Source of the DNA: a virus
Virus record (IMG/VR): IMGVR_UViG_3300035703_000041
Coordinates: 1-64,000 of that record
DNA: 64,000 nucleotides
Direction: 5' to 3' (one strand)
Shown here: in pieces, positions 9,464-17,967 of the stretch
How the letters are laid out: every line of letters starts with the position of its first letter
How positions within the stretch are numbered: position 1 is the first letter of the stretch
Program-made: the position numbers and the translations under genes
The notes under the pieces: generated by a model
Databases searched by the model: none
What the model saw: the letters and a program-made list of their open reading frames with translations, nothing else
What the model was told of the DNA's origin: nothing

Positions 9464-9583
9464 ATGGTTACATTTATTGTTGGTGCCCTTGTTGGTGCAG
9501 TTGCTATGGACTACCTTTGGGCCCGCAAAACGGGTGTTGATAAGATGGTCTTTGCTAAGATCAAGTCCTTTTTTACCCGCTAA
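9464..9583 (+). CDS. 39-aa membrane peptide (not in ORF track)
   Basis: MVTFIVGALVGAVAMDYLWARK...; SD AGGAG; own promoter. Confidence 0.55.
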   Translation: MVTFIVGALVGAVAMDYLWARKTGVDKMVFAKIKSFFTR

Positions 9584-9613
9584 GTGCTTGAAATAAAAGC
9601 GCAATCTTTTTGG

Positions 9614-9641
9614 TTGCGCTTTTACCGTTTTCTGCTATTAT
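9614..9641 (+). promoter_or_regulatory. Early sigma70-type promoter
   Basis: TTGCGC-16-TATTAT; IHF-like copy at 9579-9595 upstream. Confidence 0.65.
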
Positions 9642-9673
9642 ACGAATATAAGCAATTAACAGGAGTTTAGCGC

Positions 9674-10405
9674 ATGGGATATTACCGTAGAGCTTACGCA
9701 CCCCGCATTTCCGCTGGTTATAACAAGCCCCAAAAAGCTGCTTTTATGTATAAGGCTGAGGACGTTTGGGCGGCCGCTGCTGCTGTAATGCGCGTTAACG
9801 GACAGTATTTGAAGGAAGCAACCTTCCGCGCCGTAACGGATGAAAACGGTTACACCTCAATGGTGCAGGAAAAGGAAGCTAACAAGGTGCTGGTGCGCCA
9901 GATGCTTGCTGCAAACACCACTTACACTGAGGAAGATATTGAGCGTGGTGCAGTTGCCCGCAAGTATTGGCAGGATAGCCTGCTTAGAATGCTTGGCGGT
10001 GCTGCTAACGATTTTGAACAGACTGCTATTGCACTTGCTAACAAGGAGCAGATTGAGACTGTTTATGACGTTAGCGTTATTGCTAGCCTCATTGCTAGTG
10101 CCGACCGCGCTCTTGCTCGTGAGGCGGTAAAGGAAGTTAAGTTGCAGACCAACTCCGTGCATGTTGGCAAGGTTAAGGACAACGTCGTTGTCCGCGATGC
10201 TGAGGTGCTGACCGTGCGCTACAATGCCAACTTTGGCAAGTACCGCGTTGATGTGCGTAGCAACGGTAACCTGTTTAGCTGGTGGGCTAGCAAGGACTAT
10301 ACTGTGGGTGCCCGCGTTAACATTAAGGGTAAGGTCAAGGCACACTATGCCGACCGTGACACTAACGTTGCTGTTACGCAGCTTAACTATGTAAAGGAGG
10401 TTTAA
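9674..10405 (+). CDS. Early protein with C-terminal OB-fold-like domain
   Basis: SVHVGKV...GNLFSW...IKGKVKAH...TQLNYV. Confidence 0.6.
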   Translation: MGYYRRAYAPRISAGYNKPQKAAFMYKAEDVWAAAAAVMRVNGQYLKEATFRAVTDENGYTSMVQEKEANKVLVRQMLAANTTYTEEDIERGAVARKYWQDSLLRMLGGAANDFEQTAIALANKEQIETVYDVSVIASLIASADRALAREAVKEVKLQTNSVHVGKVKDNVVVRDAEVLTVRYNANFGKYRVDVRSNGNLFSWWASKDYTVGARVNIKGKVKAHYADRDTNVAVTQLNYVKEV

Positions 10406-10594
10406 TTGAAAACTTTTTTTGTGCTTTGGATTTGGTCTGGACTTGGACATAGCCAAATAATGGCAATGGACCACTTCCCCACACTTGAGGAATGTGAAGC
10501 TGCTAAGGCTGCTGTGGTACAATTTTACGATGGTGATTGGGACCAAAATACAATTAAACAAGATATGGTTTGCTTAAAGGCAACAACGAAATAA
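10406..10594 (+). CDS. Small exported-type hypothetical protein
   Basis: Hydrophobic N-terminus; F.TLEECEAA...C. Confidence 0.45.
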   Translation: MKTFFVLWIWSGLGHSQIMAMDHFPTLEECEAAKAAVVQFYDGDWDQNTIKQDMVCLKATTK

Positions 10595-10609
10595 AAAGGA
10601 GAACTAAAA

Positions 10610-10861
10610 ATGTCGAATGCAACTGGTAAGGTAGCTGAAAAAAGTTTTGTATATAACAACCGTACATCAAACTTTGTTGATTGGTGTCAGGAGGCACAGC
10701 GGCGATTTAAGGCAATTGGACTTGACCGCTTTGACGAATTTAATCTTGCGCCCAAACATGCTTACGAACTTGGGTACACGCCTGATAGTTGGGCGCGGGA
10801 AGTCCAGGATCAAACTGCAAGGGCAAAGCGGGTAAGGGAATTTAAGAAGTTCAATCCGTAA
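10610..10861 (+). CDS. Hypothetical protein
   Basis: SD AGGAG. Confidence 0.5.
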   Translation: MSNATGKVAEKSFVYNNRTSNFVDWCQEAQRRFKAIGLDRFDEFNLAPKHAYELGYTPDSWAREVQDQTARAKRVREFKKFNP

Positions 10862-10869
10862 ATTTTTGG

Positions 10870-10897
10870 TTGACACTTGCCCAGCGTATGCTATATT
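10870..10897 (+). promoter_or_regulatory. Early sigma70-type promoter
   Basis: TTGACA-16-TATATT. Confidence 0.75.
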
Positions 10898-10927
10898 TGC
10901 ATTATTAACAACAGATTGGAAATATAG

Positions 10928-11368
10928 ATGAACAAGGTAATTGTTTTTGACATCGATGGTACGCTGGCCAACATCGAGCACCGCAGGGGTTTTGTGGCTA
11001 GCAAGCCAAAGAACTTTAAGGCATTCGTTGCTGCAATCCCGCAGGATACGCCGCATGAGGAAATCGTGTTCCTCGCGCAGACGTTTGCTGCACTGGGCAA
11101 CCAGGTTATCCTGTGCTCGGGCCGTGGTGAGGAGGAGCGTGAAGTGACCGTTAAGCAGATGGAGGACTTTGGTGTGAAGTTCAACAAGCTGTTTATGCGT
11201 AGCGCAAAGGATTACAGGAAGGACTCGATCGTTAAGGTTGAGCTGCTTGCTCAGATCCGCGAGGAGTTTGGAACCCCCTATCTTTGGTTCGACGACAGGC
11301 AGCAGGTTGTTGACGCAATCCGTGCTGAGGGTGTGAAGGTTTGTCAGGTTGCGCCGGGGGACTTCTAA
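10928..11368 (+). CDS. Polynucleotide 3'-phosphatase (PNKP HAD domain)
   Basis: FDIDGTL, SGR, LFMR...D.R.D..VK, FDDR..V, QVAPGDF as in the T4 PseT C-terminus. Confidence 0.88.
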   Translation: MNKVIVFDIDGTLANIEHRRGFVASKPKNFKAFVAAIPQDTPHEEIVFLAQTFAALGNQVILCSGRGEEEREVTVKQMEDFGVKFNKLFMRSAKDYRKDSIVKVELLAQIREEFGTPYLWFDDRQQVVDAIRAEGVKVCQVAPGDF

Positions 11369-11604
11369 TGTCCCCTGTGCATACTGAAGTTAAAATTACC
11401 ACAAAAAATTTGGAAATGATTAGTATCCTTGATTGGTGCTGCACTACATTTGATGGGATGAAAAAGAAGAAGCGTGTTGCTAATTGTTTTACAAGCGGTA
11501 AAGGTTGGAGGAAAATATCTGGATCAGTGATTGGGGAAGGCGAACACACTTTTCAATTTGATAACGTAGAAGATGCGACATTATTTGCGTTGAGGTGGAC
11601 TTGA
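11368..11604 (+). CDS. FxLRW-family small protein 1
   Basis: C-terminal EDATLFALRWT. Confidence 0.6.
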   Translation: MSPVHTEVKITTKNLEMISILDWCCTTFDGMKKKKRVANCFTSGKGWRKISGSVIGEGEHTFQFDNVEDATLFALRWT

Positions 11605-11605
11605 C

Positions 11606-11893
11606 ATGTCTCCCCGCTACTTTATTGACTACGACGATAGCAGAGTTTTTGTTTCGTTTGACAAATTAGATCAGCAGATATTGAACCTTATCAAACACGT
11701 AAAAGAATGTTACAATATCCCAAGTCAAAATTTGGATTTGGTATCTTACACTGTAAAACAATTAGTAGAGAAAGAACATAATGCTGTCATTATTGGCGGC
11801 AATGTTATACGTATCGGCAAGGTAGGATTACAGTCTGCATTTGTTTTTGATACAATGTCTGATTTTACTATGTTTATGTTGAGATGGTCGTGA
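11606..11893 (+). CDS. FxLRW-family small protein 2
   Basis: C-terminal SDFTMFMLRWS. Confidence 0.6.
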   Translation: MSPRYFIDYDDSRVFVSFDKLDQQILNLIKHVKECYNIPSQNLDLVSYTVKQLVEKEHNAVIIGGNVIRIGKVGLQSAFVFDTMSDFTMFMLRWS

Positions 11894-12129
11894 GTTATTG
11901 CTTACCGGATAGATACAAAGATCCAAGTCAATTTGCAGAGTATCAACCATGGTTTAAAAAATCAATGGGTGATGTCCTAAAAATTACTAATATGAATGGA
12001 TTCGACGTTTACAAATTTTATGAAGCACAGTATAATGTGAAACTTTTCCGTAATTCGTTTGGTGTAATTGAGCAAGTTATCTTTCCTTCGGAAGAAGACG
12101 CATTGCTTTTCTTGTTGAGGTGGTCGTGA
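11890..12129 (+). CDS. FxLRW-family small protein 3
   Basis: C-terminal EDALLFLLRWS; GTGA overlap. Confidence 0.6.
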   Translation: MSYCLPDRYKDPSQFAEYQPWFKKSMGDVLKITNMNGFDVYKFYEAQYNVKLFRNSFGVIEQVIFPSEEDALLFLLRWS

Positions 12130-12305
12130 GATATAAAATTATTGTCAAAAATGAAAATTTTATTGAAGCTGTTAAATGGGCAGAGCAACATTGCAGAGAA
12201 GATTATAACTTCAACCATTTACTTACCGAAAACGAGAAAGTAATGCTACGGTTTTATTTTAGGAAAAAATCAGACGCTACACTTTTTGCGCTACTGTGGA
12301 GTTAA
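12126..12305 (+). CDS. FxLRW-family small protein 4
   Basis: C-terminal SDATLFALLWS; GTGA overlap. Confidence 0.6.
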   Translation: MRYKIIVKNENFIEAVKWAEQHCREDYNFNHLLTENEKVMLRFYFRKKSDATLFALLWS

Positions 12306-12308
12306 AAA

Positions 12309-12482
12309 ATGGAAGATCCAAATACCATTATTGAAAATGCTGTTGGTGAACTTTATCGCGGGTTTTACAAACTTCGCCAGTCCAAACAGTACCAAGAAGA
12401 ATATGATGCAATGGGCTCTTTGCTCAACATGCTAACACAGGATAGGGACTTCCTAAGGAAGAAACACAAAGTAAATCCATAA
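12309..12482 (+). CDS. 57-aa hypothetical protein (not in ORF track)
   Basis: MEDPNTIIENAVGELY...; fills gap, TAATG coupling. Confidence 0.45.
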   Translation: MEDPNTIIENAVGELYRGFYKLRQSKQYQEEYDAMGSLLNMLTQDRDFLRKKHKVNP

Positions 12483-12691
12483 TGGCTAAAGTGACCATTC
12501 CATATAATATTATTGATCCAGCTCTAAAATGGGCAAAAGATAACTGTCCATCTTACATTACCAATAATGTGGTTCCTGTAAGCTTTGTTGAAGCAAATGA
12601 TTCTGACTATATATCAGTTCGTGTTATATTCCACTTTAGTGAAGAAAAGGATGCAACTCTGTTTGCTTTAAGATGGACCCAAAATGAGTGA
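12482..12691 (+). CDS. FxLRW-family small protein 5
   Basis: EKDATLFALRWT. Confidence 0.6.
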   Translation: MAKVTIPYNIIDPALKWAKDNCPSYITNNVVPVSFVEANDSDYISVRVIFHFSEEKDATLFALRWTQNE

Positions 12692-12965
12692 CAAAGTTTA
12701 CACTGCACTGTATCCTTTAGATTTTAGTGGTTACGAATTATACGAAAATGTGCAAACTGCAATTGAAAGTTATTACTATCACAAATTTCATCCAGGTGGA
12801 TTTGTTTACGCATTACTGTGTAACGATTTAGTTGGGGCAGTATTAAAAGCTGACTATTGGAATGCTTTTGAAATAAAGCAAATCGTGCTTTGGTTAGTTC
12901 AGCGTATGCCGCCCGCTGCGTGGGGAAGTAAAGAAGTAGTTGATGCTTGGTTAAAAATTGATTGA
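12684..12965 (+). CDS. Conserved hypothetical phage protein
   Basis: PGGFVYALLCNDL...AD...P..AWGS. Confidence 0.6.
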   Translation: MSDKVYTALYPLDFSGYELYENVQTAIESYYYHKFHPGGFVYALLCNDLVGAVLKADYWNAFEIKQIVLWLVQRMPPAAWGSKEVVDAWLKID

Positions 12966-13016
12966 CTTTGATTTTAATTTCTATATAACAAAATAATAGT
13001 TACAAAGGAATAAATT

Positions 13017-13598
13017 ATGGCCACTAAAGATTGCACAATGGATTTAGACATTGCTTTTTTTAATGAACTTTTTCTTAAAGCTTATCCCAATGCATGTGAA
13101 ATTACTAAAAAACAATCTAAACAAATGCTAGCAGATGGCGTTATTCAAATTGAAACACTTTTTGAATTGTCCATTTCTAAAGTAGGAAATTTGGAAAGAA
13201 AGTCCGTAGATGGGATGGACTTCTCAGATTGGAGTGATGCTAAAAAGACAAGTGTTCGTACTTCTCGTTATGGTAACGCTTATTCTGCCCCAGTTTCTCA
13301 AATTCATAATAAAAAGGGGAAACTACGAGTAATGTGCTACGAAAGGAAAAAGAATAAATTTTATTATTTTGTTTTTCCAAAGTCTGCTTACAAACACATT
13401 ACGTCATCGAGCAATATTGAAATTCCATTTTATATGGATGGAACTCCACGACGAATTCCATCGAGACCAGTATTTACAAATTGGTGGAGATATCAAGTTG
13501 ACTCTTTTGAAGAAATGGCAGGTGCTAAGGATGCCAAAGAATTAACTTTAACTGAACTGGGAAATAAAGATCGTGCAGAAAATGCTCAATGTTGGTGA
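13017..13598 (+). CDS. Possible PD-(D/E)XK endonuclease-like protein
   Basis: E...DFSD.SDAK motif; own promoter TTGACT-16-TATAAC at 12962-12989. Confidence 0.4.
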   Translation: MATKDCTMDLDIAFFNELFLKAYPNACEITKKQSKQMLADGVIQIETLFELSISKVGNLERKSVDGMDFSDWSDAKKTSVRTSRYGNAYSAPVSQIHNKKGKLRVMCYERKKNKFYYFVFPKSAYKHITSSSNIEIPFYMDGTPRRIPSRPVFTNWWRYQVDSFEEMAGAKDAKELTLTELGNKDRAENAQCW

Positions 13599-13983
13599 TA
13601 CAGTTACAATTAAAGTAAAGAATCCAGTTTGGTGGATGAGAAAGGCATATGCAAGTTATGTACAAGTTCCAGAATTTAACACCTTTACAGGTAGAGTGGT
13701 TCGCGATCATCGTGCTATTAAGCCTGGTCAAATTGGGCTAACAACACAGGATCCAAACTTTGACTTGCGAGTTATTGATATAGAGCGTATTGTTGCTGTT
13801 GATGACACAGTTATTACTCAACCAGTTAAAACTGAGTCAAGCACAAAAACTTGGACCGTCCAGGGGTCTAAGGGAAAAACTTATACCGTGACGCTGGATC
13901 ACGGACGTTATGAATGTACATGCCCAGGCTTCCAATTCCGGCGGTCCTGCAAGCACGTAGATGAACAGAAGGAAAATGTTTAA
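13573..13983 (+). CDS. SWIM zinc-finger protein
   Basis: GSKGKTYTV...CTCPGFQFRRSCKH. Confidence 0.75.
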   Translation: MQKMLNVGDTVTIKVKNPVWWMRKAYASYVQVPEFNTFTGRVVRDHRAIKPGQIGLTTQDPNFDLRVIDIERIVAVDDTVITQPVKTESSTKTWTVQGSKGKTYTVTLDHGRYECTCPGFQFRRSCKHVDEQKENV

Positions 13984-14909
13984 TGATTAAGTCTGCTTTT
14001 ATGTTTAGTGCTGCTGTTGGTCTTGCTCTATTTGCGGGTACTGCTAACGCTGCCGAGAAGATGAAGATTAACCTGTGTACAGGCAGTGAAGGTCGTCCTT
14101 ATCATGAGACTGGGCAGTATATTGCTAGCTTCATGCGTGACAGCCGCAATGCTGAAATTAATGTTGTTACCAGCAAAGGCACATGGGACAACATTGAACG
14201 CACCGTGCTAACACCTGCTACACCAGAGAATGTAGGCAGTGGCGAAGCATGTCATGCTTTTATTGGTCAGCCTGATGGTGCTGTTCTACTAAAGCGTAAG
14301 AATCCAGCCGCTGCAACCAAGCTACGTATTATTGGTTTAGGTCCACGTGAATTCCTGCATGTGCTTTGCTCCAAGGAGTCAGGTGTAGATGATCTAAGTG
14401 ATCTTGCAGGTGACAATAGTAAGAGTGTTGCGCTTGGTGCTAGTGGCTCTGGTTCTTGGCTAATTTGGCAAAACTTTATTGCAGAAGACAAGAGCTATGC
14501 AGAAGTCCAAGTTACTAGCGAAGAAGGTGCTATTGCAATGGCTAGCGTAGCGTCAAACACCACTACTTGCATGATTGTTCCTGCTGCTGTTGGTAATGCT
14601 ACAGTAGCACAAGTAGATACTGACTTTGGTGATAGCATTAATCTAGTTGGTGCTAACGACAAGGACTTTAACGATGCAACCAACATTGATGGAAAGGTCC
14701 TATATCGCTGGCAGACAATTCCAAGTGGTACTTACCCGCAGAACCTACAAGCAGGTTGGTTCTCTAGTGCAGATACAGTTGCTTGGCAAGCAGGTGTTTA
14801 CGTAAACACTGAGTACTTTGCTGGTAACCAAAAGGCACTGGAAGACTTTATTACTGCGGTAGCTAAGGCTAAGCCTGCTATTAAAAAGACTTTTGGCGAA
14901 CTAAAATAA
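13983..14909 (+). CDS. TAXI-family TRAP-like solute-binding protein
   Basis: Signal peptide (ANA-A); TG..G.Y, S.GT.DN, Q.D, E.LHVL, V.LG..GSG. Confidence 0.65.
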   Translation: MIKSAFMFSAAVGLALFAGTANAAEKMKINLCTGSEGRPYHETGQYIASFMRDSRNAEINVVTSKGTWDNIERTVLTPATPENVGSGEACHAFIGQPDGAVLLKRKNPAAATKLRIIGLGPREFLHVLCSKESGVDDLSDLAGDNSKSVALGASGSGSWLIWQNFIAEDKSYAEVQVTSEEGAIAMASVASNTTTCMIVPAAVGNATVAQVDTDFGDSINLVGANDKDFNDATNIDGKVLYRWQTIPSGTYPQNLQAGWFSSADTVAWQAGVYVNTEYFAGNQKALEDFITAVAKAKPAIKKTFGELK

Positions 14910-14941
14910 AGGCGTGTAGGTAGTATACGTCTCCTCTGATG

Positions 14942-14965
14942 AAAGGGTCCTAACGGGCCCTTTTG
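14942..14965 (+). terminator. Rho-independent terminator
   Basis: aaagggtcc-taac-gggcccttt-t. Confidence 0.7.
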
Positions 14966-14968
14966 TCA

Positions 14969-14974
14969 TAAATA
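14969..14974 (+). promoter_or_regulatory. T4-like late promoter core TAAATA
   Basis: 4 nt upstream of ATG 14979; no SD. Confidence 0.6.
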
Positions 14975-14978
14975 TTAG

Positions 14979-16013
14979 ATGCTACTCGTTGATTTATTTG
15001 AAGGTGGTTGGACCACTACTGTAACCCAAGGTACTGTTATTCGTCCCAGTACCGTTAAAAAAGCTCTAGCAATAATGGAAAAGTTTATTGCTGATTTTAA
15101 TGTTTATGCAAAACAAAATGATATCCCAACAGTTAAGATTGGACACCCAACAGGTAGCAGCGCATATCACGAAGTAGATCCAGAAGATAAAATTTACGGT
15201 GATATCGATTTACAAATTGTTGTTCCAGAATTAAAAGACAAACCAAATATGACTACTGGACAAATACAGTATTTTTGGAATAAGCAATTTGGAGAGTTTG
15301 TAAAAGCAACTAATCCAAATTATGTACATCCTGATTCAACACCTGGACATCCAATCCTAAATATTGGAGGTGATGCTTGGGTACAGATTGATATAATGCC
15401 ACACCCAGAACCACTTGCTACGTGGGGACGATATAGAGCAACACCAGAGCGCGGTGTAAAAGGAATGCTTAACGGAAATATGTTTGCTGTAATAGGCGAA
15501 ATGCTTATGCTTAACTTGCAACATTCCGGAGTGCAATATAAGGAGCAAAATAGTCGTCGTGTTCCATATGCTGCAACTAAAAAAGATTATGAATTAAAAA
15601 CTATTACTACAAATGTAGAAACATTTGTGCGTGATATATTTGATAACGAATATAAAGACATCACATATCGTGATCCAAAAAATGCTAAAATTGATCCATT
15701 GTTAATTAAGCATCCAGGTAGTGACCTTAAAGAAGTAAAAATCAGTAACCTTGTTAATGCTGTAAAAGGTATGGCACGTAGTTTTGAAATGAACAATATG
15801 TATGGTAAAGACATACTTACTCCATATTTGAATGCAGAAGACTTTTTAAACAAGTTTGTTGAGATCTATATGAAAAAAGCACAAGGTGCAATTGATGCAC
15901 CAAAACGCGATAAGGCAGAAACTCCAGAAGCTAAAGCAAGAGCAGAAGCAGATAAGAAGTCTATTGCTCAAGGTGCCAAGATGGTTCAACAATTATTTGC
16001 AAAGAATGATTAA
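14979..16013 (+). CDS. Pol-beta-superfamily nucleotidyltransferase with head-protein-type leader
   Basis: TGSS...GDIDL...QIDI; leader MLLVDLFE|GG; resembles N-terminal domain of 36103..42510. Confidence 0.6.
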   Translation: MLLVDLFEGGWTTTVTQGTVIRPSTVKKALAIMEKFIADFNVYAKQNDIPTVKIGHPTGSSAYHEVDPEDKIYGDIDLQIVVPELKDKPNMTTGQIQYFWNKQFGEFVKATNPNYVHPDSTPGHPILNIGGDAWVQIDIMPHPEPLATWGRYRATPERGVKGMLNGNMFAVIGEMLMLNLQHSGVQYKEQNSRRVPYAATKKDYELKTITTNVETFVRDIFDNEYKDITYRDPKNAKIDPLLIKHPGSDLKEVKISNLVNAVKGMARSFEMNNMYGKDILTPYLNAEDFLNKFVEIYMKKAQGAIDAPKRDKAETPEAKARAEADKKSIAQGAKMVQQLFAKND

Positions 16014-16030
16014 CGTGCTATAATGCACAT

Positions 16031-16546
16031 ATGAGTAGAATCTTTATTATTTCAGATACGCATTTTGGACACGAAAACATTTTAAAGTTTCGTGATAGTA
16101 ACACTAATGAGTTGATCCGAAACTTTAGTGATATACATGATATGAATGAATACATGGTTGACCGTTGGAACAAAACTGTTAACGATGATGACATTGTTTA
16201 CCATCTCGGTGATGTTTACTTTGGTAAAGGACATGAGGTACTAGGCCGGCTAAAAGGACGCAAGCGTCTTATTCTTGGCAATCACGATCACGGCAAGGAT
16301 CAAAAGCTGCATCAACACTTCCAAAAGATTTTGATGTGGCGTATGTTCCCAGAATATAATTGCTTGCTAACGCATGTGCCAATTCACGAAAGTGGCATGT
16401 ACAAAGTCCAATACAACTTGCATGGGCATATTCATCAGCAAAAGAGTCCTACGGAACGGCACATCAACTGCTCCGTGGAAGTGCAGGATTATATGCCAAA
16501 ATTGATCACGGATTTGGTGCCAAATTTAGCTGTACAAAACGGTTGA
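16031..16546 (+). CDS. Calcineurin-like metallophosphoesterase
   Basis: DTHFGH, LGD, GNHD, HGHIH. Confidence 0.9.
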   Translation: MSRIFIISDTHFGHENILKFRDSNTNELIRNFSDIHDMNEYMVDRWNKTVNDDDIVYHLGDVYFGKGHEVLGRLKGRKRLILGNHDHGKDQKLHQHFQKILMWRMFPEYNCLLTHVPIHESGMYKVQYNLHGHIHQQKSPTERHINCSVEVQDYMPKLITDLVPNLAVQNG

Positions 16547-16570
16547 CATACCCCTTTTCTGTGTTATATT
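16543..16570 (+). promoter_or_regulatory. Early sigma70-type promoter
   Basis: TTGACA-16-TATATT. Confidence 0.75.
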
Positions 16571-16597
16571 AAGCTATAAACAGATAGGGGAAGCTTT

Positions 16598-17803
16598 ATG
16601 AAGTACGATTTTCCTGTAATTACGCACATTAACGAAGTGCTACCTGCAATTGCAGGACGCGACGAATTTATTGTCGCGCAGAAGGATGGGTACCAGGTTG
16701 TAAATTACGCCGTTATGATGGAGGACTCTTTCCCGCCCGTTTTTACTGCTGGCGGGTCCGCTGCTATGCGTGAGGAAGCTACCCTGCACAAGTCCATTTT
16801 GCGCGAGTGCCGTGGGCTTGTTTTTGACCTTGAGGGCAACCTAATCAATCGCCGTTATCACAAGTTCTTTAACGTAAATGAGCGTGATGAAACTCGCTTT
16901 GAAAAGATTGACTTTAGCAAGCCGCATGTGATCCTCGACAAGCTTGATGGGTCCATGGTGTCTCCTTGCATGGTAAACGGCCATGTTCGTTGGATGACGA
17001 AGATGGGCATTACTGATACGTCCTTGCAGGCAGAGCTCCACACTGTGCGTAACCGCATTTACCGTGAAATGGCTGAGTGGGAACTTAGCCGTGGATGGAC
17101 GCCTGTGTTTGAGTGGGTAAGCCGCGCTAGCCGTATTGTTCTTGATTATCCCGAGGATTCTCTCGTCCTTACTGCTATGCGCGAAACTGCAACCGGTCGT
17201 TATATGTTGTATAAGGACATGGTTGAACTTGGATATTACTATGATATCCCTGTTGTTAAGGCTTACGATTACCGTGCCGAAAACATCTTGGAAATCGTGC
17301 GCGAGCTCGAAGGTGCTGAAGGCGTAGTGATCCGTTTTGACGATGGGCATATGCTCAAGGTCAAGGCTGATTGGTACGTGTTGCGTCACAAGTCCAAGGA
17401 TGCAATCACACGCGAAAAGAACGTGCTTGATTATGTTGTCAACGACCGTGTTGACGATGTGCTTCCGTTCTTGCAGGTTGAGGATCAGGAGCGTTTGCTC
17501 AAGTTCCAGGACAAGTTTTGGGAAGGGTTTAAGGAGTCGCTTGCGGCTTATGAAGACCATTATCAGAACGTAGTTGCTGCTGGTGTTGACCGCAAGCAGT
17601 ATGCGTTGGAATGGAAACCGGTAATTGAAAAGACTTTTCCGTTTGCTCCGCAGTATGTTTTTGGTCGTATGTCTGGTCGTGATGGCCGTGACATGTTGCT
17701 TGATTACGTAGGCAAGAACATTGGAACTAAGTCTAAGATTGATGCTGTACGTAATGTTTGGGGTGGGACCGAATGGTCCTACTCTTTTGAAGGAGATGTG
17801 TAA
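16598..17803 (+). CDS. rnlA: RNA ligase 1 (T4 RnlA-like)
   Basis: ECRGL, KFFN, KLDGS, FE, EGVV, KVK motifs. Confidence 0.9.
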   Translation: MKYDFPVITHINEVLPAIAGRDEFIVAQKDGYQVVNYAVMMEDSFPPVFTAGGSAAMREEATLHKSILRECRGLVFDLEGNLINRRYHKFFNVNERDETRFEKIDFSKPHVILDKLDGSMVSPCMVNGHVRWMTKMGITDTSLQAELHTVRNRIYREMAEWELSRGWTPVFEWVSRASRIVLDYPEDSLVLTAMRETATGRYMLYKDMVELGYYYDIPVVKAYDYRAENILEIVRELEGAEGVVIRFDDGHMLKVKADWYVLRHKSKDAITREKNVLDYVVNDRVDDVLPFLQVEDQERLLKFQDKFWEGFKESLAAYEDHYQNVVAAGVDRKQYALEWKPVIEKTFPFAPQYVFGRMSGRDGRDMLLDYVGKNIGTKSKIDAVRNVWGGTEWSYSFEGDV

Positions 17804-17967
17804 TGGCACTTGTAATTGCAAAATATGAAATTATATCTAGTGCTGGAATTATGGCATTACAACTGTTAGTAAATGATTATATTTCCCAAGGATGGGAACC
17901 ACTTGGTTCTCCGTTTGATTACGAAGGTAGAATTTGCCAAGCTATAGTTTTTAAGGAGGTAGCATAA
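17803..17967 (+). CDS. DUF1737-like small protein (not in ORF track)
   Basis: VNDYISQGWEPLGSP...QAIV; TAATG coupling at both ends. Confidence 0.55.
   Translation: MALVIAKYEIISSAGIMALQLLVNDYISQGWEPLGSPFDYEGRICQAIVFKEVA

Noticed and set aside
6928-9600. Repeated GCTAAGT motif as CRISPR repeats or att/dif sites
   Set aside because: Short, degenerate, irregularly spaced and separated by genes; no cas or integrase in the window
14911-14968. Hairpin, CTGATGA and a second hairpin resembling a hammerhead ribozyme
   Set aside because: No GAAA after the second stem and no stem I/III pairing; better explained as a terminator
16841-17821. 326-aa minus-strand ORF (also 9857..10561, 7060..7485, 17919..18482)
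   Set aside because: Antisense shadows of GC-richer, codon-biased plus-strand genes; no motifs, SD or promoter
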